Assembly: GCA_965240325.2 (NCBI GenBank)
Contig: OZ251223.1
Coordinates: 930,001 to 994,000 of the forward strand
DNA length: 64,000 bases
Reading direction: 5' to 3'
Source of the DNA: Rebecca billardiae RCC1528
Lineage: Eukaryota; Protista; Haptophyta
The translations under genes were made by a program, and so were the position numbers. Positions 10,143-20,000 of the stretch are shown in pieces (position 1 is the stretch's first letter; each line of letters begins with the position of its first letter). Below the pieces are notes generated by a model. It had not been told where the DNA came from. It ran no database searches and was given only the letters and a program-made list of their open reading frames with translations.

Positions 10143-13100
10143 ATGCGCACTTGCGCGCTCGCGCGCACGCCGGCGAGCGCATGGGGGACGTACGCGACGG
10201 CGCGCGCGTGCATCCGGGCCCTCTCATCCCGCGCAGCGGCGCTGCCCTCCTCCGTCGACGTCGCCGTCGTCGGCGGCGGCTCCGTCGGCGCGGCGACTGC
10301 GTACCACTTGGCGCGCAAGGGCCTGAGCGTGGCGCTGCTCGAGGCGCACCAGCTGACGGCGGGGACGACGTGGCACACGGCGGGAATGCTCTGGCGGCTG
10401 CGCCCCTCCTACGTCGAGAACGAGCTCAACGCGCACTCCCGCGCGATGGCCCTCCACTTCGAGGCCGACGAGTCGATCGGGATCAAGTCCTGGCACGAGA
10501 ACGGCGGCCTCTTCATCGCGTGCGCGCGCGAGCGGCTCGCGGAGTACGAGCGGCTGGCTGAGACGGGGCGGTACTACGGGATCGAGTCGCACATCCTCAC
10601 GCCGAGCGAGGTGCGCGAGGTCCACCCGCTCCTCGAGGTCGGCGATGTCGTCGGCGCGCTGCACTCGCCGAGCGACGGCACCATCGACGCGAACGCGCTC
10701 GTGCGCGCGTACGCGCGCGCCGCGCGCAAGCTGGGCGTGACGGTGGCGGAGGGCGTGCGCGTGGCGTCGCTCGAGACGGAGCAGACGACGAGCCCGTTCG
10801 GCGAGCCGGTCACGCGCGTGCTCGGCCTCCGCACCGCGTGCGGGCAGCGCGTGTCCACCGCGCTGGGCGTTGTCAACGCGTGCGGCGCGTGGGCGCCCGC
10901 GCTCGCCGCGATGGCGGGGGCGCAGCTGCCGCTGCTCGCGATGAAGCACGCGTACATCGTGACCGAGTCGATCGAGGGGATGCACGGCGACCTGCCCAAC
11001 GTGCGCGACCACGACCTCAGCGTCTACCTCAAGGCGCGCGCCACCGAATCGCGCCGCGCGCATGCGCGCGCGCCCGCGCGCGCGCCCAGCGCGTCGGATC
11101 CGGCCTCACACCGCACCGCCGCGCGGCCGATCCCCCGCTCCCCGCGCGCGCAGGCGCAGGGCAGCGCGCTCGCGCTGGGCGGGTACGAGCACAACCCCGA
11201 GTTCTGGCACGCCGTCGACCCGGACTTTTCGTTCGGCCTCTTTGACCTCGACTGGGACACGTTCGGTCAGAACCTGGACGGCCACTTCAGGCGCTGCCCG
11301 GCGACGGAGACGGCGGGCGTGGCGTCGACGGTGTGCGGGCCCGAGTCGTTCACGCCGGACCACAAGCCGCTGCTCGGCCCGCACCCCGGCGTGCGCGGCC
11401 TCTTCAACGCGTGCGGCTTCAACTCCGCAGGCATCATGCTCGCCGGCGGCGTCGCGCGCGAGCTCGCGAGCTGGATGGTCGACGGCTCGTCCGAGCTCGA
11501 CCTCTTCGGGTACGACTGCGCGCGCTTCCACCCGGAGTCGGTGGCGGACGCGGGCTGGGTGCGCGCGCGGACGCACGAGGCGTACGCGAAGAACTACGCG
11601 ATCGTCTTCCCGCACGACGAGCCGCTCGCCGGCCGCGGCGCGCGCCGCTCCGCGCTGCACGACGCGCTCCTCGCGCGCGGCTGCGTCTTCCAAGAGCGGC
11701 ACGGCTTCGAGCGGCCGGGCTGGTTCGTGCGCTCGTCGGCGGACGCGGCGGCGGCGAAGGCGAAGGCGGAGGGCGGGGCGGGGCCGGCGGGCTGCCTCGC
11801 GCCCAGGCCGTACGACTACTACGGCGCGTACCCGCCGGGCGACGCGTGGCGGCTGCTGCCGGACGCGGGCGCGGACGTGGGCTGGGCGGCGCACGCCGAG
11901 CACCCGTACTTGGATGCGCTCGCGGCCGAGCTCACCTTTGGCTGGCCGGGCTCGCACGCGCGCGTCGCGGCCGAGTGCGCCGCGGCGCGCACGGGCGTGG
12001 CGATCTTCGACCAGTCGTACTTCGCCAAGCTCGAGGTGCGCGGCGCGGACGCGCACGCCGCGCTGCAGTACGTGTGCGCCGCCGACCTCGACGGCCGCGC
12101 GAGCGGCGCGGTCGTCTACACGCCGCTGTGCAACGCGCAAGGCGGCGTCGAGGCGGACCTGACGGTGACGCGGCTGCCGCCGAGCGCCGCCGCGTCCTCG
12201 GCGGCCTTCTACATCTGCACGGGCGGCGCGACCGCGACCAAGGACCGCGAGTGGATCTCCCGCGCGCTCGAGGGGCGCGGGTACGACGTGAGTCTCACAG
12301 ACGTGTCCGCCGAGCGCGCGCTGCTGTCAGTGCAGGGGCCGCACAGCGCCGCGCTGCTCGAGGCGCTGCTCGACGGCGCGGGGCGCGAGGCGCTGCGCGC
12401 GCTGCCGTTCGCGAGCTGCGCCGAGCTCAGCGTCGCCGGCGTGCCGGACGTGCGCTGCCTCCGGCTCACCTTCGTCGGCGAGCTCGGCTTTGAGCTGCAC
12501 GTGCCGGCGGCGCACGCGGCGCGCGTGCACGCAGCGCTGCACGAGGCTGCGGCGCCGCTGCGCGCAGCGGGCGTCGCGGTCGAGGACGCGGGGTACCACG
12601 CCGTCGACTCGCTCTCGGCGGAGAAGGGCTTCCGGCACTACCACGCCGACCTCTCCGCCGCGGACACGCCGCTCGAGGCCGGCATCGGCTTCACCGTCCT
12701 GCCGAAGCTCAAGAGTCCGGATGCACCGGACTTTGTCGGCCGGGCGGCGCTCGAGCGCGCGCGCGAGGCCGGGCTGCGCCGACGGCTGGTGTGCGTGACG
12801 CTCGACGACCCCGCCGTCGCGCTGCACGGCTCGGGCGCGACGCTGTGGCGCGACGGCGAGTGCGCGGGCGTCGTGCGCCTCTGCGCGTACGGCCACACCA
12901 TCGGCCGCTCGATCGCCTACGGGTACGTGCGCCGCGCCGCCGAGTCGGGAGCCGCGCGGCCGGACGAGTCCGCGTGCGATCGCTCTGGAGAGCGCGTCAC
13001 GCCGGAGTGGCTGCGCGGCGGCACGTGGCAGGTCGGCGACCGCGGCGCACGGCATGCCGCGACGCTGCACCTCAAGGCCCCGTTCGACCCGGACAACGCG

Positions 13101-13247
13101 CGCGTGCGCGGCGAGTACCCGCAGCCGCGCGCCGCCGGCGCGGCCGCGCTGTCGGAGCCGCAGCCGTCTGTGACGGTGGCCGCTGGCGCCGGGCCGTCGC
13201 CAGGGTCGTCCCATCAGCAGCAGCATGCGTCGCAGTCCCAGCAATGA
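10143..13247 (+). CDS. SARDH: Sarcosine dehydrogenase-like mitochondrial flavoprotein; probable GC-AG intron 11034-11153
   Basis: Arg/Ala/Ser-rich transit-like N-terminus; GGGSVG, TAGTTWHTAG, NVRDHDLSVYLK, CGPESFTPDHKPLLG, GFNSAGIMLAGG, YAKNY, FQERHGFERPGWF, FVGELGFELH, LSAEKGFRH and TPLEAG match SARDH-type motifs. Confidence 0.88.
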   Translation: MRTCALARTPASAWGTYATARACIRALSSRAAALPSSVDVAVVGGGSVGAATAYHLARKGLSVALLEAHQLTAGTTWHTAGMLWRLRPSYVENELNAHSRAMALHFEADESIGIKSWHENGGLFIACARERLAEYERLAETGRYYGIESHILTPSEVREVHPLLEVGDVVGALHSPSDGTIDANALVRAYARAARKLGVTVAEGVRVASLETEQTTSPFGEPVTRVLGLRTACGQRVSTALGVVNACGAWAPALAAMAGAQLPLLAMKHAYIVTESIEGMHGDLPNVRDHDLSVYLKARATESRRAHARAPARAPSASDPASHRTAARPIPRSPRAQAQGSALALGGYEHNPEFWHAVDPDFSFGLFDLDWDTFGQNLDGHFRRCPATETAGVASTVCGPESFTPDHKPLLGPHPGVRGLFNACGFNSAGIMLAGGVARELASWMVDGSSELDLFGYDCARFHPESVADAGWVRARTHEAYAKNYAIVFPHDEPLAGRGARRSALHDALLARGCVFQERHGFERPGWFVRSSADAAAAKAKAEGGAGPAGCLAPRPYDYYGAYPPGDAWRLLPDAGADVGWAAHAEHPYLDALAAELTFGWPGSHARVAAECAAARTGVAIFDQSYFAKLEVRGADAHAALQYVCAADLDGRASGAVVYTPLCNAQGGVEADLTVTRLPPSAAASSAAFYICTGGATATKDREWISRALEGRGYDVSLTDVSAERALLSVQGPHSAALLEALLDGAGREALRALPFASCAELSVAGVPDVRCLRLTFVGELGFELHVPAAHAARVHAALHEAAAPLRAAGVAVEDAGYHAVDSLSAEKGFRHYHADLSAADTPLEAGIGFTVLPKLKSPDAPDFVGRAALERAREAGLRRRLVCVTLDDPAVALHGSGATLWRDGECAGVVRLCAYGHTIGRSIAYGYVRRAAESGAARPDESACDRSGERVTPEWLRGGTWQVGDRGARHAATLHLKAPFDPDNARVRGEYPQPRAAGAAALSEPQPSVTVAAGAGPSPGSSHQQQHASQSQQ

Positions 13248-13969
13248 TAGAAGTATGTTGACGGCATTGGAATCAGCAGGCGGCAGGATGACCTGATCCG
13301 TCACTAGACACTAGCCAGTCTAACTGCTGCGTCTGCAGTGCTAGCTGCCCGTTTCATCAGTTGAAGTTCGGCTACTCTGTTCTCAGTTATTCTGACTGTT
13401 GTCTGTTCTGACGAGTTCAACGGTTATTTATTATTATATTTATTACGGTTCCGCGGCCGCGCCCCCGCCCGCGGTCGCGGAGCACTGTGTCGCGCGTCAA
13501 TCAATCAGTGCGCGCACGCGTGCCTCGGGCTGCGGGCAACTGCCAAGCTGGCTCTGGCAGCGCATGCTCGCATTGCTCACGATCGAATACGGAATAATTG
13601 GCAGGCGCCAGCGTCGTCTACAGTTTACTAAGTAGATTAAGAGACGCACACAGCTCAGGCAGGCGCGATATTGACGCCCGCCAACTGTTACCGCCCATGA
13701 AGCCGTCGCTGATGGTAGCACCGTCGGAAGATTCGTTCAGCCGTCCGCCTGCGAGGCCTGGATCGGAGGGCTGCGGCCGCCTCGCGGCGCGCCAGCGCCC
13801 GTCGTCCTCGCCCCACCGTCGTCCACAAAACGTCGTCGCTTCTGGACAGTATCTTATTGACAATCAATGACAGCAAGGTCTTGATCACCGTCTGAATATC
13901 AAAGGACAGCGCAGTGCTTGCCAACGGCGGCGGCACGCACCTTCGTCGTCAACCTTGCCGCGCACAACG

Positions 13970-15691
13970 ATGGCGAGCCACGACGCCGGCGTCCGTATGC
14001 TCCGGCGCGTGGCGGGGCGAGGCGACGCACGTGCGACCTTCCTGCTGGCGAGGCGCACCGAATCGGGCGACGGCGTCGCGCGGGACGTCGACGAGGCGCA
14101 TCGCCTCTATGCCATCGCAGCGAATCGCGGGTTTGCGCAAGCGCAGCAACGGTTGGGCGAGATCTGCAAGGCCAAGCAGAATTGGGCCGAGGCTGCGCGC
14201 TGGTATCGGCTGGCGGCCCAGCAGGGCGATTCGGCAGCACAGGCCCAGATGGGCACGCTGTATGCACGAGGCGAGGGCGTGCCGCAGGACTGGGCCGAGG
14301 CGGCGCGCTGGTACCGGCTGGCGGCCGAGCAGGGCAATGCAGCTGCGCAGACCAGCCTGGGCTTGTGCTACGAACGAGGCGAGGGCGTGCCGCAGGATAT
14401 TGCCGAGGCGGCGCGCTTGTACCGGCTGACGGCCGAGCAGGGCTATGCAGCTGCGCAGAACAAGCTGGGCTGGTGCTACGAACGAGGCGAGGGCGTGCCG
14501 CAGGATATGGCAGAGGCGGTGCACTTGTACCGGCTGGCGGCCGAGCAGGGCTACACATCTGCGCAGTACAACCTGGGCTGGTGCTACCAACGAGGCGAGG
14601 GCGTGCCGCAGGACTTGGCAGAGGCGGTGCGCTTGTACCGGCTGGCGGCCGAGCAGGGCCATGCAGCTGCGCAGACCAGCCTGGGCTTGCGCTACAAACG
14701 AGGCGAGGGCGTGCCGCAGGATATGGCCGAGGTGGTACGCTTGTACCGGCTGGCGGCAGAGCAGGGCGATCCAACTGCGCAGTCCAACCTGGGCGTGTGT
14801 TACCAACGAGGCGAGGGCGTACCGCAGGATACGGCCGAGGCGGTGCGCTTGTACCGGCTGGCGGCCGAGCAGGGCGATTCAACTGCGCAGTACAACCTGG
14901 GCTTGCTCCACAATCGAGGCGAGGGCGTGCCGCAGGACACGGCCGAGGCTGCGCGCTTGTACCGGCTGGCGGCCGAGCAGGGCTATGCAGCTGCGCAGTA
15001 CAACCTGGGCCTATGCTACCAGCGAGGCAAGGGCGTGCCGCAGGACTGGGCCGAGGCTGTGCGCTTGTACCGGCTGGCGGCAGAGCAGGGCAATGCAACT
15101 GCGCAGTGCAAGCTGGGCGTGTGCTACCATCTCGGCGAGGGTGTGTCGCAAGATATGGCCGAGGCGGTGCGCCTGTACAGGCTGGCGGTCGAGCAGGGCA
15201 ATGTGGTTGCGCAGTACAACCTGGGCGAGTGCTACGCACACGGCAAGGGTGTGCCACCGGACTGGGCCGAGGCGGTGCGCTGGTACCGGCTGGCTCTCGA
15301 CGGTGGCGACCCAGAAGCCCACTCGGCATTGTCGCGCCTGCTGCTTGCAGGCGGGGCCGTGCAGCGCGACGTGGCGGAGGGAGTGCGGCTGCTGCGCCGC
15401 GGGCACGAGCTTGACGGCTCCGTGGTGGATCCGAGCAAGGTGCTCGGCGACTATGCCGGAGATCGCGAGGTGGTCGCTGCGTGCTGCATGGTCTGCGCCA
15501 AGTCGGGCCGTGGCGTGAAGAAGTGCGAGCGGTGCCTCGTGGCGGTGTTCTGCTGCCGCGAGCACCTGCGGAGCGCGTGGAAAACGCACAAGCCGCACTG
15601 CACGGAGTGGCGCGCCGCGGCGGCGGTGATGACTACGGCTGCCAATCAGCAGACTGAGACGGCAGCCGACGATCGTGGTGACTGCTCATGA
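13970..15691 (+). CDS. SEL1-like repeat protein with C-terminal MYND zinc finger, copy A (10 canonical 36-aa repeats plus caps)
   Basis: Repeated AQxxLGxxYxRGEGVPQDxAEAxRLYRLAAEQG; C-terminal CMVC...CERC...FCCREH...WKTHKPHC; intronless. Confidence 0.93.
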   Translation: MASHDAGVRMLRRVAGRGDARATFLLARRTESGDGVARDVDEAHRLYAIAANRGFAQAQQRLGEICKAKQNWAEAARWYRLAAQQGDSAAQAQMGTLYARGEGVPQDWAEAARWYRLAAEQGNAAAQTSLGLCYERGEGVPQDIAEAARLYRLTAEQGYAAAQNKLGWCYERGEGVPQDMAEAVHLYRLAAEQGYTSAQYNLGWCYQRGEGVPQDLAEAVRLYRLAAEQGHAAAQTSLGLRYKRGEGVPQDMAEVVRLYRLAAEQGDPTAQSNLGVCYQRGEGVPQDTAEAVRLYRLAAEQGDSTAQYNLGLLHNRGEGVPQDTAEAARLYRLAAEQGYAAAQYNLGLCYQRGKGVPQDWAEAVRLYRLAAEQGNATAQCKLGVCYHLGEGVSQDMAEAVRLYRLAVEQGNVVAQYNLGECYAHGKGVPPDWAEAVRWYRLALDGGDPEAHSALSRLLLAGGAVQRDVAEGVRLLRRGHELDGSVVDPSKVLGDYAGDREVVAACCMVCAKSGRGVKKCERCLVAVFCCREHLRSAWKTHKPHCTEWRAAAAVMTTAANQQTETAADDRGDCS

Positions 15692-15709
15692 TGAGCTGCT
15701 ACGTCTGCT

Positions 15710-16292
15710 ACCGTCCCGCCGGAAGCTCAAGAGCCCGGACGCACCGGGCTTCATCGGCCGAGCGGCGCTCGAGCGCGCACCTGAGGCCGGGCTGCGCCGC
15801 CGGCGTGCGCCGCCGACAGCCGTCGTTGAAAGTGTGCTTGACGCTCGACGACCCCGCCGTTGCGCTGCGCGGCCCTCTGGCGCGACGCTGTGGCGCGACG
15901 GCGTGTGCGCGGGCGTCGTGCGCCTCTGCGCGTACGGCCACACCATCGGCCGCTCGATCGCCTACGGGTACGTGCGCCGCGCCGCCAAGTCGGGAGCCGC
16001 GCGGCCGGACGAGTCCGCGTGCGATCGCTCTGGAGAGCGCGTCATGCCGGAGTGGCTGCGCAGCGGCACGTGGCAGGTCGGCGACCGCGGCGCGCGGCAT
16101 GCCGCGACGCTGCACCTCAAGGCCCCGTTCGACCCGGACAACGCGCGCGTGCGCGGCGAGTACCCGCAGCCGCGCGCCGCCGGCGCGGCCGCGCTGTCGG
16201 AGCCGCAGCCGTCTGTGACGGTGGCCGCTGGCGCCGGGCCGTCGCCAGGGTCGTCCCATCAGCAGCAGCATGCGTCGCAGTCCCAGCAATGA
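15710..16292 (+). pseudogene. Duplicated 3' fragment of the SARDH-like gene
   Basis: Matches 12693-13247; frameshifted and diverged in the first ~170 bp, near-identical afterwards; no 5' part of the gene. Confidence 0.88.
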
Positions 16293-17004
16293 TAGAAGTA
16301 TGTTGACGGCATTGGAATAAGCAGGCGGCAGGATGACCTGATCCGTCACTGGACACTAGCAGTCACTGCTGACGTCTGCTGCTGCCCGTTTCAGTTATTA
16401 ATTCGTCTCTTAAGTCTGCTTATTCTGAGTTCAACGGCGGTTTATTAATATATTATTCACGGTTCCGCGGCCGCGCCCCCGGCCGCGGTCGCGGAGCACT
16501 TATGTGTCGCGCGTCAATATCAATCAGTGCGCGCACGCGTGCCTCGGGCTGCGGGCAACTGCCAAGCTGGCTCTGGCAGCGCATGCTCGCGCATGCTCAC
16601 GATCGAATACGGAATAATTGGCAGGCGCCAGAGTCGTCTACAGTTTACTAAGTAGATGAAGAGACGCACACAGCTCTGAGCTCAGGCAGGCGCGATATTG
16701 ACGCCCGCCAACTGTCACCGCCCATGAGGCCATGAAGCCGTCGCCGATGGTAGCGCCGTCGGAAGATTCGTTCAGCCGTCCGCCTGCGAGGCCTGGATCG
16801 GAGGGCTGCGGCCGCCTCGCGGCGCGCCAGCGCCCGTCGTCCTCGCCCCACCGTCGTCCACAAAACGTCGTCGCTTCTGGACAGTATCTTATTGACAATC
16901 AATGACAGCAAGGTCTTGATCACCGTCTGAATATCAAAGGACAGCGCAGTGCTTGCCAACGGCGGCGGCACGCACCTTCGTCGTCAACCTTGCCGCGCAC
17001 AACG

Positions 17005-20000
17005 ATGGCGAGCCACGACGCCGGCGTCCGTATGCTCCGGCGCGTGGCGGGGCGAGGCGACGCACGTGCGACCTTCCTGCTGGCGAGGCGCACCGAATCG
17101 GGCGACGGCGTCGCGCGGGACGTCGACGAGGCGCATCGCCTCTATGCCATCGCAGCGAATCGCGGGTTTGCGCAAGCGCAGCAACGGTTGGGCGAGATCT
17201 GCAAGGCCAAGCAGAATTGGGCCGAGGCTGCGCGCTGGTATCGGCTGGCGGCCCAGCAGGGCGATTCGGCAGCACAGGCCCAGATGGGCACGCTGTATGC
17301 ACGAGGCGAGGGCGTGCCGCAGGACTGGGCCGAGGCGGCGCGCTGGTACCGGCTGGCGGCCGAGCAGGGCAATGCAGCTGCGCAGACCAGCCTGGGCTTG
17401 TGCTACGAACGAGGCGAGGGCGTGCCGCAGGATATTGCCGAGGCGGCGCGCTTGTACCGGCTGACGGCCGAGCAGGGCTATGCAGCTGCGCAGAACAAGC
17501 TGGGCTGGTGCTACGAACGAGGCGAGGGCGTGCCGCAGGATATGGCAGGGGCGGTGCACTTGTACCGGCTGGCGGCCGAGCAGGGCTACACATCTGCGCA
17601 GTACAACCTGGGCTGGTGCTACCAACGAGGCGAGGGCGTGCCGCAGGACTTGGCAGAGGCGGTGCGCTTGTACCGGCTGGCGGCCGAGCAGGGCCATGCA
17701 GCTGCGCAGACCAGCCTGGGCTTGCGCTACAAACGAGGCGAGGGCGTGCCGCAGGATATGGCCGAGGCGGTACGCTTGTACCGGCTGGCGGCAGAGCAGG
17801 GCGATCCAACTGCGCAGTCCAACCTGGGCGTGTGTTACCAACGAGGCGAGGGCGTACCGCAGGATACGGCCGAGGCGGTGCGCTTTTACCGGCTGGCGGC
17901 CGAGCAGAGCGACGCAGCTGCGCAGTACAACCTGGGCTTGCTCTACAAACGAGGCGAGGGCGTGCCGCAGGACTGGGCCGAGGCGGCGCGCTTGTACCGG
18001 CTGGCGGCCGAGCAGGGCAATGCAGCTGCGCAGACCAAACTGGGCTGGTGCTACGAACGAGGCGAGGGCGTGCCGCAGGACTTGGCCGAGGCGGCGCGCC
18101 TGTACCGGCTGGCGGCCGAGCAGGGCGATTCAATTGCGCAGACCAACCTGGGCGTCTTCTACAAACGAGGCGAGGGCGTGCCGCAGGATACGGCCGAGGC
18201 TGCGCGCTTGTACCGGCTGGCGGCCGAGCAGGGCTATGCAGCTGCGCAGAACAAGCTGGGCTGGTGCTACGAACGAGGCGAGGGCGTACCGCAGGACTTG
18301 GCCGAGGCGGCGCGCTTGTACCGGCTGGCGGCCGATCAGGGCGATCCAACTGCGCAGACCAACCTGGGCTTGCTCTACAATCGAGGCGAGGGCGTGCCGC
18401 AGGACTTGGCCGAGGCGGTACGCTTGTACCAGCTGGCGGCCGATCAGGGCTACGCCTCTGCGCAGGCCAACCTGGGCTGGTGCTACGCACGGGGCGGGGG
18501 CGTGCCGCAGGATATGGCGGAGGCGGTGCGCTTGTACAGGCTGGCGGCCGAGCAGGGTGATCCAGCTGCGCAGACCAAACTGGGCTTGCTCTACAATCGA
18601 GGCGACGGCGTGCCGCAGGACTTGGCCGAGGCGGTACGCTTGTACCAGCTGGCGGCCGATCAGGGCTACGCCTCTGCGCAGGCCAACCTGGGCTGGTGCT
18701 ACGCACGGGGCGGGGGCGTGCCGCAGGATATGGCAGAGGCTGTGCGCTTGTACCGGCTGGCGGCCGAGCAGGGCTATGCAGCTGCGCAGAACAAGCTGGG
18801 TTGGTGCTATGAACGAGGCGAGGGCGTACCGCAGGACTTGGCCGAGGCGGTGCGCTTGTACCGGCTGGCGGCCGAGCAGGGCGACGCAGCTGCGCAGACC
18901 AACCTGGGCTTGCTCTACAATCGAGGCGAGGGCGTGCCGCAGGATAAGGCCGAGGCTGCGCGTTTGTACCGGCTGGCGGCCGAGCAGGGCTATGCAGCTG
19001 CGCAGAACAACCTGGGCTTGCTCTACAAACGAGGCGAGGGCGTGCCGCAGGATATGGCCGAGGCGGCGCGCTTGTACCGGCTGGCGGCCGAGCAGGGCGA
19101 CGCAGCTGCGCAGAACAACCTGGGCGTCTTCTACAAACGAGGCGAGGGCGTGCCGCAGGATAAGGCCGAGGCTGTGCGCTTGTACCGGCTGGCGGCCGAG
19201 CAGGGCTATGCAGCTGCGCAGAACAACCTGGGCTTGCTCTACCGCGAGGGCGTGCCGCAGGACTGGGCCGAGGCGGCGCGCTTGTACCGGCTGGCAGCCG
19301 AGCAGGGCTATGCAGCTGCGCAGTACAACCTGGGCGTGTGCTACGAACGAGGCGAGGGGGTGCCGCAGGACTGGGCCGAGGCTGTGCGCTTGTACCGGCT
19401 GGCGGCAGAGCAGGGCAATGCAACTGCGCAGTGCAGCCTGGGCGTGTGCTACCATCTAGGCGAGGGCGTGCCGCAAGATATGGCCGAGGCGGTGCGCCTG
19501 TACAGGCTGGCGGTCGAGCAGGGCGATTCAACTGCGCAGTACAACCTGGGCGAGTGCTACGAACACGGCAAGGGTGTGCCGCAGGACTGGGCCGAGGCGG
19601 TGCGCTTGTACCGGCTGGCTCTCGACGGCGGCCAGCCAGATGCCCACTCGGCATTGGCGCGCCTGCTGCTTGCAGGCGGGACCGTGCAGCGCGACGTGGC
19701 GGAGGGAGTGCGGCTGCTGCGCCGCGGGCACGAGCTTGACGGCTCTGTGGTGGATCCGAGCAAGGTGCTCGGCGACTATGCCGGAGATGGCGAGGTGGTC
19801 GCTGCGTGCTGCATGGTGTGCGCCAAGTCGGGCCGTGGCGTGAAGAAGTGCGAGCGGTGCCTCGTGGCGGTGTTCTGCTGCCGCGAGCACCCGCGGAGCG
19901 CGTGGAAAACGCACAAGCCGCACTGCACGGAGTGGCGCGCCGCGGCGGCGGTGATGACTACGGCTGCCAATCAGCAGACTGAGACGGCAGCCGACGATCG

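Noticed and set aside
15675-16292. 205-aa and 275-aa ORFs (15675 and 20000) as independent GcvT C-terminal proteins
   Set aside because: They have GTG starts overlapping the SEL1 stop and frameshifted 5' parts; they are duplicated SARDH fragments.
14230-19640. Regular 108-bp periodicity resembling a CRISPR or other repeat-spacer array
   Set aside because: The units are in-frame SEL1 protein repeats with no unique spacers, and there are no cas genes; the context is eukaryotic.
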